A DNA stretch of 64,000 nt, taken from the NCBI GenBank assembly GCA_013286795.1, contig JABDFA010000009.1, forward strand, positions 6,023 to 70,022, given 5' to 3'. Numbering within the stretch: the first letter of the stretch is position 1; every line of letters begins with the position of its first letter. Of the stretch, positions 1-8,773 are shown one piece after another. Below the pieces are notes generated by a model. The model was not told where the DNA came from. It ran no database searches and saw only the letters and a program-made list of their open reading frames with translations. The DNA is from Candidatus Babelota bacterium. Its GTDB lineage: Bacteria; Babelota; Babeliae; Babelales; JABDEC01. The position numbers and the translations under genes are program-made.

Positions 1-82
1 GAAAAAGAGACTATGTATGCCTCTGAAATTTATGAACTTCTGGGTATAGAACCACGTAAAGATTTTAAGTTAACATAAATCT

Positions 83-1024
83 ATGAATATATTTGTATTA
101 GATAAAAGGGCGATATTTGTATCGTCCTTAATTTTTTTAATGGTTATGTTTTCCAATGTTAACTGTCTAGAGTTATTGGTTAGAAAAATTAATATAGAGG
201 TAAACCTAAAATTAGTAGATGCTGTAAGTACTAATGATTTAAAGAAGATTCAAGAAGCATTAAAAGAGGGTGATGATCTTAATTGTGCAACTGGTTTTTA
301 TTTATTCTATAACTACAAGTCTATTATTAGTCATTGGTATTCAATTGACAGAGAGTCAGTAATATTTAAAGGTTCTGAATTATTATTGTATGCTATTGTG
401 TCTAGAAAATTTGATATAGCAAAATATTTGATTAAAGCTGGTGCGTCTATTGAAGATAAAGACCAATTTGCTTTTGATATAATTTTATTATCTTTTGCTA
501 CAGCGAAATCATATTTAGAGCTTCAAGAAGTAATTAATTTTTTATTTCTTGAATTAACAGTTGATATTAATGAGGTAAATAAAAATGGAAATAACTTGCT
601 AGACTTTGCTTGTTCACCTAGATACTTTGAAAATGAGCATTTAAAATTATATACATCAGCTTCGAACTTAGAATTTTTAAAATTTTTAGTTTTTAATGGT
701 CTTGATGTTTATGGAAAATGTTTTGCTAAATTAACAAAGGATCGCATTGAAGATATTGAGGAAGAGAGCGGTATTTTCAATTTTCTTAAGAAATTAAAAG
801 ATTTATTGAAGATCCGGAATGTTAGTTATAGGGATATGGTTTTAAAAATCAACTTTTATCTTAAAAATAAACTCGTTGCTATTTATCCTAAAGATTTGGG
901 TAATATAGTATTTGAATATGTTTATTATTCTGATAATTATAAAGATTTTTTTGAACTTTCAAATGAAGAAATTAATGATATTGTTGACCTTTACAAGCAA
1001 ATTATTGAGCAAAATGGAAAATAA
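83..1024 (+). CDS. ankyrin-repeat protein, N-terminal signal-like segment, C-terminal F-box-like motif
   Basis: ANK-like units ('GSELLLYAIVSRKFDIAKYLIKAGASIEDKD', 'NGNNLLDFACSP...LEFLKFLVFNGLDVYG'). Hydrophobic N-terminus 'IFVSSLIFLMVMFSNV'. Motif 'YPKDLGNIVFEY' at nt 884..919. Confidence 0.7.
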   Translation: MNIFVLDKRAIFVSSLIFLMVMFSNVNCLELLVRKINIEVNLKLVDAVSTNDLKKIQEALKEGDDLNCATGFYLFYNYKSIISHWYSIDRESVIFKGSELLLYAIVSRKFDIAKYLIKAGASIEDKDQFAFDIILLSFATAKSYLELQEVINFLFLELTVDINEVNKNGNNLLDFACSPRYFENEHLKLYTSASNLEFLKFLVFNGLDVYGKCFAKLTKDRIEDIEEESGIFNFLKKLKDLLKIRNVSYRDMVLKINFYLKNKLVAIYPKDLGNIVFEYVYYSDNYKDFFELSNEEINDIVDLYKQIIEQNGK

Positions 1025-1068
1025 AATTTTTATTTCTTAATTACTAGATCTAAAAAAGTTGATTTTCT

Positions 1069-1247
1069 CCGTTCGCCCTTAGCGACCTCTGAACGAGCGT
1101 TTACGCGAGTTGAAGAGGGAGTCGAATGGGTAATAATTTTTTAAGAATTTTATATTTTTGTATACAATATTTTTTTTAATTTAAGAAATCCATTCGACTC
1201 GGTCTTCGACTCCTTACGTCGCTCAGACCTCGCTCAGGACGAACGGG
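1069..1247. repeat. composite GC-rich inverted-repeat (MITE-like) element, copy 1 of 4
   Basis: Left arm 'ccgttcgcccttagcgacctctgaacgagcgtttacgcgagttgaagagggagtcgaatggg', AT-rich spacer, right arm 'ccattcgactc...tcgctcaggacgaacggg'. Same architecture at 32082, 39195 and 60154. Confidence 0.85.
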
Positions 1248-1398
1248 TTGGATGATTTTGCTCTATGAATATGTTATATTTTTATTAAAATAGTTATAAC
1301 ACATTTGCAAGAGATCTTAATCTAATTTTTTTAATCTATTGACTTGTATGATGTAAATAATTCAAAATATAAAAAGAGTTTTTTTAAAGGGAGTCTTA

Positions 1399-1875
1399 AT
1401 GCATAAAACTAGTATAGATATACCGGAGTTAAATAGGATAGCTCTGGTCGATTTATTGAATCAAACTTTAGCAAATATTACTGATTTGCAAATGGCAATC
1501 AAAAATGCTCATTGGAATGTTAAAGGCATGAACTTTATAGCTTTGCATAAATTTTTTGATGAAATTGCAGAAGAAGTAGAAAATCAAGTAGATATAGTAG
1601 CTGAACGAGTAACAAGTCTTGGTGGAACTGCTCTTGGTACATCGCAAGAGACTGTTAAAGGAACAAAATTAAAACCTTATCCAATAGATATTTTTGCAGG
1701 AAAAGATCATCTTGCACAATTAGCAGAGAGATTCGCTTTTTGTGGCAAAATGGCAAGAATAGATATGCAAAAATCTGAAGGCTTAGGTGATATGGCTACC
1801 AATGATGTTTACATTGATTTGACTAGGATGTTAGATAAGAATTTGTGGTTTATTGAAGCGCATTTACAAAATTAA
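1399..1875 (+). CDS. dps: Dps-family DNA-protection/ferritin-like protein
   Basis: 158 aa. 'AIKNAHWNVKGMNFIALHKFFDEIAEEVE' and 'LWFIEAHL' are typical Dps helices. RBS 'aaaggga' lies upstream. Confidence 0.85.
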   Translation: MHKTSIDIPELNRIALVDLLNQTLANITDLQMAIKNAHWNVKGMNFIALHKFFDEIAEEVENQVDIVAERVTSLGGTALGTSQETVKGTKLKPYPIDIFAGKDHLAQLAERFAFCGKMARIDMQKSEGLGDMATNDVYIDLTRMLDKNLWFIEAHLQN

Positions 1876-1902
1876 AAAAATAAAATAAAAAAGGATGAGT
1901 CT

Positions 1903-3525
1903 GTGAAGATTAAAATAGTTTTACTTTGTATAATTAGTGTTTTTAAAATATCTGATATTATAAGTGACTGTGAATGTTCTGTTCCCAATTTGAAATATAA
2001 GGGCAATAGGAGCATAGTAAAAATACGCGCAGCAGATTTTAATTATAATCCTGTTGTTGGAAATGCAGCTTACACAATTAATCAACCTGGAATTTATTAT
2101 CTTGAAGATTATGTAACAGCGTCTCCGGAAGTTGATAATCTTTCTTTAATTTATATAAATTCTAGTAATGTAAAATTGAATCTTAATTCTCTTGTTATTA
2201 CTCAAGATAGTAACCATTTTACAAAAAATATTAATGTTGTTGAAATAGCACCCAACGTTACTGATGTTAATATAACTAATGGAGTATTGCAAAATATTAA
2301 TGGTATCGGTGTAAAATCTAATTTAAATGTTAGTAATTTGTATGTATCTAATTTAGTTATAGATAAATTGACAAATTTGGGTATATATTTAAACAATGTA
2401 AGAAATGCAGTTTTATCACAATTCTGTGTAACAAATTGTAATGGATCTAATCCTAATTCTAGTGATGGGGCCGTATCTGGAAAATTACAGAACTGTTCTA
2501 ATATTCGCATATCAAATTCTTATTTTAATTCAAATATAGCGAATGACCTAAATACAGATTCTATAGGATTATTGATAGATAATTGCAGTAGTCTAAAACT
2601 AGAAAATTGTTCCTCTGTTCAGAATCAAGGTAAAAATGCTTATGGATTTGTTATTAGAAACAACTCATCTGCTTGTACTATAAATAATTGTTCCGTTTTG
2701 GGATGCCAGAGTAATAATGGAAGAGCTGTAGGATTCTTATTTGATAATTCATCTTCTAATTCTTTATTAGATTGTATTTCTGAATCTAATCAATCTGTAG
2801 GAGGAAATTGCGCCGGATTTAGTTTTGATGGACAAGCAGGTTACTATTTTTCAGCAAGGTTAAAAAATCTAAATATCATAAATTGTACATCAAAGAATAA
2901 TAAAGCTTTAGGTGCCTCTAACGATGCCTTTGGATTTTCAGGAAACCTTTTAGATTTTGCAATCTTTAGATCATGTAAAGCCATTTCTAATAGTTCAGCA
3001 GATGGCAATGTTTATGGATTTTATAGTGGTGCTGGAACCAATAACTATTTTGAGTCATGTTCAGCTCAAGACAATATTTCAGGTATAAATACAAATTCTG
3101 TTGTTTCAGGATTCGCTTTATTAAATGGTGAACAAAATAGTTCGATTAAAGAAAGCATATCTGTTAATAATTTTAGTTCATCTGGAGAATCCTATGGGAT
3201 ACGTTTAGGCTATAATACTGATACAAATACCCACGTCAATAATATCATTTATAAAAATTATATTGCTAATAATAAAGGCGGTTCTAAGCAGTATGGTTAT
3301 AGAGATTTTGCTTCTATTACTACAACTAACTTAATTGCTAATATTAGCTTTGGTCAGGGAAAAATAAATCCAAGTCCAATATCACAGCTTGTATTGACGA
3401 ATAATATGAATTATATGTTTACATTACCTTCAACTAAGGCTCCTGCTTATGTAGTTGTAGAAAGCAGCACTGGCGAAGTTGCTGAAATAAAAGTAAAACC
3501 GTTTGGTAATTTATCTGTATATTAA
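1903..3525 (+). CDS. secreted right-handed parallel beta-helix repeat protein (pectin-lyase-fold-like)
   Basis: GTG start and a signal-like N-terminus. Many ~22-25 aa N/S/C/G-rich rungs ('NCSNIRISNSYFNSN', 'NCSSLKLENCSSVQNQG', 'NNCSVLGCQSNNGRAVGF', 'FRSCKAISNSSADGNVYGF'). Confidence 0.6.
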   Translation: MKIKIVLLCIISVFKISDIISDCECSVPNLKYKGNRSIVKIRAADFNYNPVVGNAAYTINQPGIYYLEDYVTASPEVDNLSLIYINSSNVKLNLNSLVITQDSNHFTKNINVVEIAPNVTDVNITNGVLQNINGIGVKSNLNVSNLYVSNLVIDKLTNLGIYLNNVRNAVLSQFCVTNCNGSNPNSSDGAVSGKLQNCSNIRISNSYFNSNIANDLNTDSIGLLIDNCSSLKLENCSSVQNQGKNAYGFVIRNNSSACTINNCSVLGCQSNNGRAVGFLFDNSSSNSLLDCISESNQSVGGNCAGFSFDGQAGYYFSARLKNLNIINCTSKNNKALGASNDAFGFSGNLLDFAIFRSCKAISNSSADGNVYGFYSGAGTNNYFESCSAQDNISGINTNSVVSGFALLNGEQNSSIKESISVNNFSSSGESYGIRLGYNTDTNTHVNNIIYKNYIANNKGGSKQYGYRDFASITTTNLIANISFGQGKINPSPISQLVLTNNMNYMFTLPSTKAPAYVVVESSTGEVAEIKVKPFGNLSVY

Positions 3526-3530
3526 CCACA

Positions 3531-3560
3531 CCCCCGGTCATGGTGAGCCTGTCGAACCAT
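3531..3560. repeat. single GC-rich repeat arm ('cccccggtcatggtgagcctgtcgaaccat')
   Basis: Same module as 29377..29415 ('ccccccgcgctcgtggtgagcttgtcgaaccat'). It is the reverse of the 36564/46247 arms ('gctcgtatggttcg'). It contains the ATG used by ORF 3540. Confidence 0.8.
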
Positions 3561-4379
3561 TTTAAAAATGTAACTTTAAGCTTAGGGTTATTTTTAAGCT
3601 TTAATATTTTTTCAGAAAAATTTATTGATTTTATGAAAGCATCTGAACATTTTAATTCAGAGTGTTTATATAATAAGAATTGGAAAAATATACAAACTAC
3701 TTTTGATAACTTTATAGATAACATTACAGTTTCTAAATCTTCTAGAATCCCCAAAATTATTCATCAGATTTGGTTAGGTGGGCCATTCCCGGAAAGATAT
3801 AAAACTTTGCAAAATAGCTGGATAAAAAATCATCCTGATTGGACCTATATTTTGTGGACAGATGAATCAGTTGAAAGATTTGGTCTTAAAAATAAAGCGC
3901 TTTACAATAAAGCTAAAAACTTAGGTGAAAGATCAGATATAGTTCGCTATGAGGTTCTAGAAAGATTTGGCGGGTTATATATTGATACTGATTTTGAATG
4001 CATAAAATCTTTTGATATTTTACATCATATTTGCGATTTTTATACAAGTGTTGGTTATGGTCCGGATCCTGTTATTTTGTGTGGTCTTATTGGTTCTGTT
4101 CCAGCACACCCTATTCTTAAAGCTTGCATAGAAACTATGAAAAGAAAAGATTCTGAAAAAGACTCTTTTACTGATATCTTAAATAGAACTAGTATATTTC
4201 ATTTTACAAAATGCTTTCTTAATAATTATACTAAATCTTCAATAGCTTTTCCGGTAACATTTTTTTACCCTTTACCTGATTGTGCAAGAAATAGTAAATT
4301 AAAAAACTATTTAAAACCGGAAAGCTTTGCTGTGCATCATTGGCATCTTTCCTGGAATAATGGGAAAATAGGAGATTAA
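3540..4379 (+). CDS. GT32-family (Och1/Gly_transf_sug-like, DxD) glycosyltransferase
   Basis: 'IPKIIHQIWLGGPFPERYKTLQNSWIKNHPDWTYILWTDESV' and 'RSDIVRYEVLERFGGLYIDTDFECI' match the GT32 sugar-binding/DxD signature. Start is uncertain: the ATG at 3540 lies in a repeat, and the next ATG is at 3633. Confidence 0.75.
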   Translation: MVSLSNHFKNVTLSLGLFLSFNIFSEKFIDFMKASEHFNSECLYNKNWKNIQTTFDNFIDNITVSKSSRIPKIIHQIWLGGPFPERYKTLQNSWIKNHPDWTYILWTDESVERFGLKNKALYNKAKNLGERSDIVRYEVLERFGGLYIDTDFECIKSFDILHHICDFYTSVGYGPDPVILCGLIGSVPAHPILKACIETMKRKDSEKDSFTDILNRTSIFHFTKCFLNNYTKSSIAFPVTFFYPLPDCARNSKLKNYLKPESFAVHHWHLSWNNGKIGD

Positions 4380-4436
4380 GTGTGAAAAAGAATTTTGATC
4401 ATATATTAAATCTCTTTCTAAAAGTTGACTCTCTCT

Positions 4437-4586
4437 CCGTTCGCCCTGCCTGCCCGGCGAAGCTCAAAGAGCGAAGTCGGGAGTATCCGTCGAAGCCTTT
4501 GGCGAAGACGGATGTATCGAAGGGTGAATATACATTGCGTTCATGGATTCGATACGTTTGCTTCGCAAACACTCACCACGAACGGG
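4437..4586. repeat. GC-rich palindromic repeat element (chimeric, ~150 bp)
   Basis: Starts 'ccgttcgccctgcc...' and ends '...gttcatggattcgatacgtttgcttcgcaaacactcaccacgaacggg'. The right half closely matches the right half of the 48089..48207 element. Confidence 0.8.
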
Positions 4587-4618
4587 TTTTGAATTCTAGA
4601 AGAAATCTGATTTATATC

Positions 4619-5569
4619 ATGTTCTTTATTTTGTTTAAGATAATTGATGTTTACTCTTTTTGTCCATTAAATAGAGCTGATTTGGTTCTGTTTTCTTATG
4701 ATAGACCATTGCAACTTTATTCTTTCCTTGAGTCTGTAAAAAAGTATATTTTTGGCATTGAAGAAATACATGTAATTTACCGTGTAAGTAATAATGAATT
4801 TGAATCTGGTTATGATATAGTAAAAAAAGATTTTGCTGATGTGATTTTTCACAAACAATTAAAAGCAGATGATTTTAAACCATTAACTCTTGAATCAATT
4901 TTTAATAATGGTTCTAGATATATAATCTTTGGTGTAGATGACATAATAGTTAAAGATTATGTAAATTTAGGTACATGCATTAATTATCTTGAAAAATCTA
5001 ATTCTTATGGTTTTTACTTACGCATGGGCAAAAATATTGTTGAGTGTTATATGCATTTTAATGAACCTACACCAGTTCCAAAAATGAACCAAATCTCCCC
5101 CCCGGTCACCCTGAGCGAAGCCCGTAGGGCGCAGTCGAATGGGTCTCCTGAGTATTTATTAACTAATGTGTATAATGGAGTCTTTCAGTGGTCATTAAAT
5201 GATGGTAAAGGCGATTGGAAATACCCCAATAATCTTGATATGACAATTTACAGAAAGTCTGATCTTAAACAACTTTATAATTACAATTTCCAAAATCCTT
5301 CTGCATTAGAAGCAGTTTGGGCAGATAATGCAAATTATAACCAAAGAGGGTTATGCTTTGAACAATCAAAGATCGTTAATCTTCCATTAAATTTGGTCAT
5401 AGATGAAGCTCGAAATTTAGATAATCGCAATTCTTCTCTTTTTAATACCAAAGAATTACTTGATAAATTTATGTCAGGATTCAAAATCGATATAAATAAA
5501 TTCTATAGAATCAATAACCTAGCACCCCATGCTGCAATTGTTCCTACATTTATTCCAAGAACAATCTAA
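4619..5569 (+). CDS. GT-A-fold-like putative glycosyltransferase carrying an in-frame repeat insertion
   Basis: 'LVLFSYDRPLQLYSFLESV' (GT-A beta1-alpha1-like) and 'YIIFGVDDIIV' (DxD-like). I chose the ATG at 4619 because the track's GTG at 4382 reads through repeat 4437..4586. No family assigned. Confidence 0.45.
   Translation: MFFILFKIIDVYSFCPLNRADLVLFSYDRPLQLYSFLESVKKYIFGIEEIHVIYRVSNNEFESGYDIVKKDFADVIFHKQLKADDFKPLTLESIFNNGSRYIIFGVDDIIVKDYVNLGTCINYLEKSNSYGFYLRMGKNIVECYMHFNEPTPVPKMNQISPPVTLSEARRAQSNGSPEYLLTNVYNGVFQWSLNDGKGDWKYPNNLDMTIYRKSDLKQLYNYNFQNPSALEAVWADNANYNQRGLCFEQSKIVNLPLNLVIDEARNLDNRNSSLFNTKELLDKFMSGFKIDINKFYRINNLAPHAAIVPTFIPRTI
5097..5143. repeat. short GC-rich repeat module inserted in frame in CDS 4619..5569
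   Basis: 'ccccccggtcaccctgagcgaagcccgtagggcgcagtcgaatggg' encodes 'PPVTLSEARRAQSNG'. A near-identical module in yidD (53553..53594) encodes 'PVTLSEARSAKSNG'. Confidence 0.85.
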
Positions 5570-6573
5570 CTTTCTTCTTCTCTTTCTTTATCTTCTTTTT
5601 CCTCTTTAGATTCTGGTTTTGTTTCCGGCATTTGCTCTGCTGCATATTCTGATATTATTCTTGCTAAATCCATAGGACAAGAAGTTGATTCTTCAATTTT
5701 TTGTGCACGTAATTCTTTAGCTCTATCAAATAACCTTAATATAACAGGAGGAAGCTTTTTCTTATAATTTGGGTAATATTTAAGAATCTTATTTTCATCA
5801 AATTTTGCATTCTTGCACAGAAGAGTTCTTATTGTATTTATAAATTTATTTAGTGTTCTTTTCGAATAATTGAAATATGTTAAATCAATTATTATTTGTT
5901 CTAATGGTGTGAATTCTCCGACAATGTTGTAAGGGTTTCCTGTGCCCTTTGTGGTAAATCGTTCACTGGTTTCATCATCAACATATACTGCTAGACTGTT
6001 AACATCAGCTCCATGATTAATTAAATATTCAGCAATTTTTAAATTGGTTTTTGGTGAAACAATGGCCGTGTTAAGAGGTGTTAGGAGTTTCATGTCTCCA
6101 TAGGGTAGATTCCCATTAATATTTGCTTTATGTTCTTCTACTAACTCTTTTACAATATCCAATCTATTTAATTTAACTGCTGTACGTAATGTTTCGCCAA
6201 AATAAGTATCAGATCTTGCTCCTTTTCTTATTAACTGCATTAATAGAGAAAGTTTTTTTGTAGGATCTTTTTTTAGTCTATTATAGTGAGTAATGATATT
6301 CACCATTTCATTATCAAGTATTTGTTTATACAAAATAATAAGTGGCATTATATTAAGATTTAGCAACACATTATGAAACTCTCTTTTATTTTTAAGAAAA
6401 TTTTGTTTTAGTTTTTCAAGAACTTGATTTCCTGGAGCAATTTGCTTATTTTCGAGATAATTTTCTATAAAAGGTATGAGTTTATAAGGATTTTCTTCAG
6501 TACCAATACTTAATAATATATTAGAAAAGGAACCAAAAAGTATGGTAATTAAAGTGATTTTAAATTTATTCAT
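5566..6573 (-). CDS. ankyrin-repeat protein with signal-like N-terminus, F-box-like motif and acidic tail
   Basis: ANK units ('LRTAVKLNRLDIVKELVEEHKANING', 'TPLNTAIVSPKTNLKIAEYLINHGADVNS'). 'CPMDLARIISEY' lies near the C-terminus, followed by the tail 'KPESKEEKEDKEREEES'. Confidence 0.7.
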   Translation of the reverse strand: MNKFKITLITILFGSFSNILLSIGTEENPYKLIPFIENYLENKQIAPGNQVLEKLKQNFLKNKREFHNVLLNLNIMPLIILYKQILDNEMVNIITHYNRLKKDPTKKLSLLMQLIRKGARSDTYFGETLRTAVKLNRLDIVKELVEEHKANINGNLPYGDMKLLTPLNTAIVSPKTNLKIAEYLINHGADVNSLAVYVDDETSERFTTKGTGNPYNIVGEFTPLEQIIIDLTYFNYSKRTLNKFINTIRTLLCKNAKFDENKILKYYPNYKKKLPPVILRLFDRAKELRAQKIEESTSCPMDLARIISEYAAEQMPETKPESKEEKEDKEREEES

Positions 6574-6677
6574 TTACGGCCTCCATTTTTAAATAATATT
6601 CAGATATGAATATATTAGCTTATTTTATCAGTGAAATTCAATATTTTTTTAAAAAATATGATTTTACTCTGTAATTT

Positions 6678-7898
6678 TCAACGTCTTTTTATAATTGTTG
6701 ATTCAAGAGTTTGAATAATATCATTTTTATTTGCTTGTTTTGCGTACCATAAAGCATTGTGGCCGAAAGTATCTACTTTTTTAATATTAGCGCCATGCTC
6801 AATTAGCTGTTTAACTACAGAATTGTTGGTAAAAATTGTTGCATAAGTAAGCGGAGTTAGACCGTCTCTGTCAGTAGAATTTATATCTGAACCCTTGGAT
6901 ATTAAGAAATCTATGATAGAAGATAATCCAAACTTTATAGCTTGCATAAGTGGCGTACGACCCTTAAAATCTTTAGAATTTATATCAAACCCTGGAGATA
7001 AATATTTGTCTACAGAATAAGCGAAGCAAACAGCTCCAGGGTTTTTATATCTTTTTTTTAAATCAATATATTTTGGTGAATCTAATTTTGGATATTTAGG
7101 TTTTTCTTTTTTATAATATTCAGCCAAAAAATACATTAAAGATTCATCTGTTTTAAAATCACTTAAAGGGTTATTCATATTATATTTGTATAAAATTTTA
7201 CTTATAAATTTAAATTTATTGCCACACATTTCTAGAGCAGGGAACATGATTGCAAGATCCCATGTCATTGTTAAAAATGAATCATCATATATAAGATCCT
7301 GAAATTTTATATTTTGAAATAACCAAGAATAATAGGTTCGCAAATGAGTTGCTAAAAAATTTGATCTGAAGCCTCTGTTTTTGATAACATCGTCGCTATA
7401 TGCAGCTGCAAAACCGGTTCCATATTCTATTGGATCACATTCATATTGTCCATATGTTAACCAGACGTTAGAATCTTGATATACATCATTTAAATATTTT
7501 AAAACATTCTCATCTTTTAAACTATCATCTCCATCTAACATAACTACAATTTCATCATGATCACACAAGCTTATTTCTGACCATAAATTTCCCATTGCTC
7601 CACGTCTTACTCTAATTTTTCTTAAAGTTACTAAATCTCCTACATTTTTTTCTTTTATATAAGCTTCGACCAGTTCTGATGTTTGTGGATCATCATTGTA
7701 TACTGCCCCATCTGCAATGTATATTATTCTAAATTTATTTTTATCATAATTTTGATTTATAGCAGAATCTAAGTTTTTCTTATAAAATGAAGCATTTTTA
7801 TAAGATGGTATTATTATTGCAAATCTTTTATCTTCACTTAACACAGTTGAAATTATGTTTAATATAATAATAGTGAGTAGTAAATTTAATTTTATCAT
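6678..7898 (-). CDS. GT2-family glycosyltransferase fused to C-terminal ankyrin repeats
   Basis: N-terminal anchor 'LNLLLTIIILNIISTVL'. GT2 start 'FAIIIPSYKNASFYKKNLDSAINQNY' and DxD 'VVMLDGDDSL'. C-terminal ANK units 'GRTPLMQAIKFGLSSIIDFLISKGSDINSTDRDGLTPLTYA...LIEHGANI'. Confidence 0.75.
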   Translation of the reverse strand: MIKLNLLLTIIILNIISTVLSEDKRFAIIIPSYKNASFYKKNLDSAINQNYDKNKFRIIYIADGAVYNDDPQTSELVEAYIKEKNVGDLVTLRKIRVRRGAMGNLWSEISLCDHDEIVVMLDGDDSLKDENVLKYLNDVYQDSNVWLTYGQYECDPIEYGTGFAAAYSDDVIKNRGFRSNFLATHLRTYYSWLFQNIKFQDLIYDDSFLTMTWDLAIMFPALEMCGNKFKFISKILYKYNMNNPLSDFKTDESLMYFLAEYYKKEKPKYPKLDSPKYIDLKKRYKNPGAVCFAYSVDKYLSPGFDINSKDFKGRTPLMQAIKFGLSSIIDFLISKGSDINSTDRDGLTPLTYATIFTNNSVVKQLIEHGANIKKVDTFGHNALWYAKQANKNDIIQTLESTIIKRR

Positions 7899-7978
7899 GA
7901 ATACCCTTTCTTTTTGATTTGTATAAGAAGTATTATAGATTAAAGTTTATTTTGAAATAATTTAAAAAAAGGTGGGTC

Positions 7979-8773
7979 GTGAAGTCAATAATAAAAAAAA
8001 TATTTTTGCTTATTATTTTAAATCTAAATTGTTTTTTATTAGCCCAAGACAAATTTAAAGTGGGGCTTCTTATAGTTGCCACAGGAAGATATATTAATTT
8101 TGTTCCAGGTTTGATTGACTCCGCAAATAAACATTTTCTTAAGGATCACAAAGTTACTTATTTTGTTTTTACTGATGATACAAGTTTTATGTATACTGAT
8201 AGTGTAAATATTTACCAAGAAAAATTGACATGGCCCTTTGCTACTATGATGCGCTTGGAAACCTATTATAAAAATAGAACCTATTTTAATGATATGGATT
8301 ATGTTTTTGCATTAGACGCAGATATGCTTTTTGTTGATGATGTTGGTAATGAAATATTATCAGAAAGAGTTGCGACCTTGCATCCAGGTTTTTATTTAAA
8401 AAAAGATTTGCCCTATGAACGAAATATTATTTCAAAAGCTTGTGTTAGTCAAAAAGAAGATAATTACTATTTTGCAGGGGGTTTTTTTGGTGGCATAAAA
8501 CAAGAGTTTATTAATTTAGTAAAAACTAATTCAGAAAATATTCAAGATGATTTGAAAAGAGGCTATATTGCTGAGTGGCATGATGAAAGTCACAATAATC
8601 GTTATTTTATAGATAATCCTCCAACAAAAATTCTTTTACCATCTTATTGTTACCCGGAAGATGCGGCATTACCCCATCTTTATGACTCGTATAAAAATAT
8701 TTTAAACATGCCAAGAAAGTTAATTGCCTTGGCAAAAAAACACTCTGAATATCAGTTACCAAATAAAAAATAG
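7979..8773 (+). CDS. GT6-family (histo-blood-group ABO / alpha-1,3-Gal(NAc)-transferase-like) glycosyltransferase
   Basis: Collinear with remembered human GTA motifs: 'HKVTYFVFTD', 'DYVFALDADMLF' (DxD), 'TLHPGFY', 'YYFAGGFFGG', 'AEWHDESHNNRY', 'PTKILLPSYCY'. GTG start after RBS 'aaaggtggg'. Signal-anchor 'IFLLIILNLNCFLLA'. Confidence 0.85.
   Translation: MKSIIKKIFLLIILNLNCFLLAQDKFKVGLLIVATGRYINFVPGLIDSANKHFLKDHKVTYFVFTDDTSFMYTDSVNIYQEKLTWPFATMMRLETYYKNRTYFNDMDYVFALDADMLFVDDVGNEILSERVATLHPGFYLKKDLPYERNIISKACVSQKEDNYYFAGGFFGGIKQEFINLVKTNSENIQDDLKRGYIAEWHDESHNNRYFIDNPPTKILLPSYCYPEDAALPHLYDSYKNILNMPRKLIALAKKHSEYQLPNKK

Noticed and set aside
1-78. Open frame ending at the TAA at 76..78 ('...EKETMYASEIYELLGIEPRKDFKLT'), and the ATG at 63958 running to the window end ('MKEIREFEEKKNEF').
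   Set aside because: Probably the 3' end and 5' end of real flanking genes. At 25 and 14 residues they are too short to identify or support.
2202-3754. Antisense or overlapping small ORFs 2202..2510 and 3434..3754. Similar ones elsewhere: 4667, 9069, 24073, 25188, 29527, 30383, 32927, 33511, 33705, 35957, 36705, 42285, 42525, 43826, 45480, 45755, 46704, 47116, 47528, 48258, 52313, 53492, 54080, 54727, 55762, 56519, 56829, 62738, 63163.
   Set aside because: Each lies inside or antisense to a longer ORF with clear homology or domain structure. They have low-complexity, AT-rich-frame composition and no RBS context.
4382-4618. GTG-initiated N-terminal extension of ORF 4382..5569 ('...SLSVRPACPAKLKERSREYPSKPLAKTD...').
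   Set aside because: The extension consists almost entirely of translated GC-rich repeat 4437..4586. The in-frame ATG at 4619 gives a normal hydrophobic N-terminus. Translation from 4382 is not excluded.
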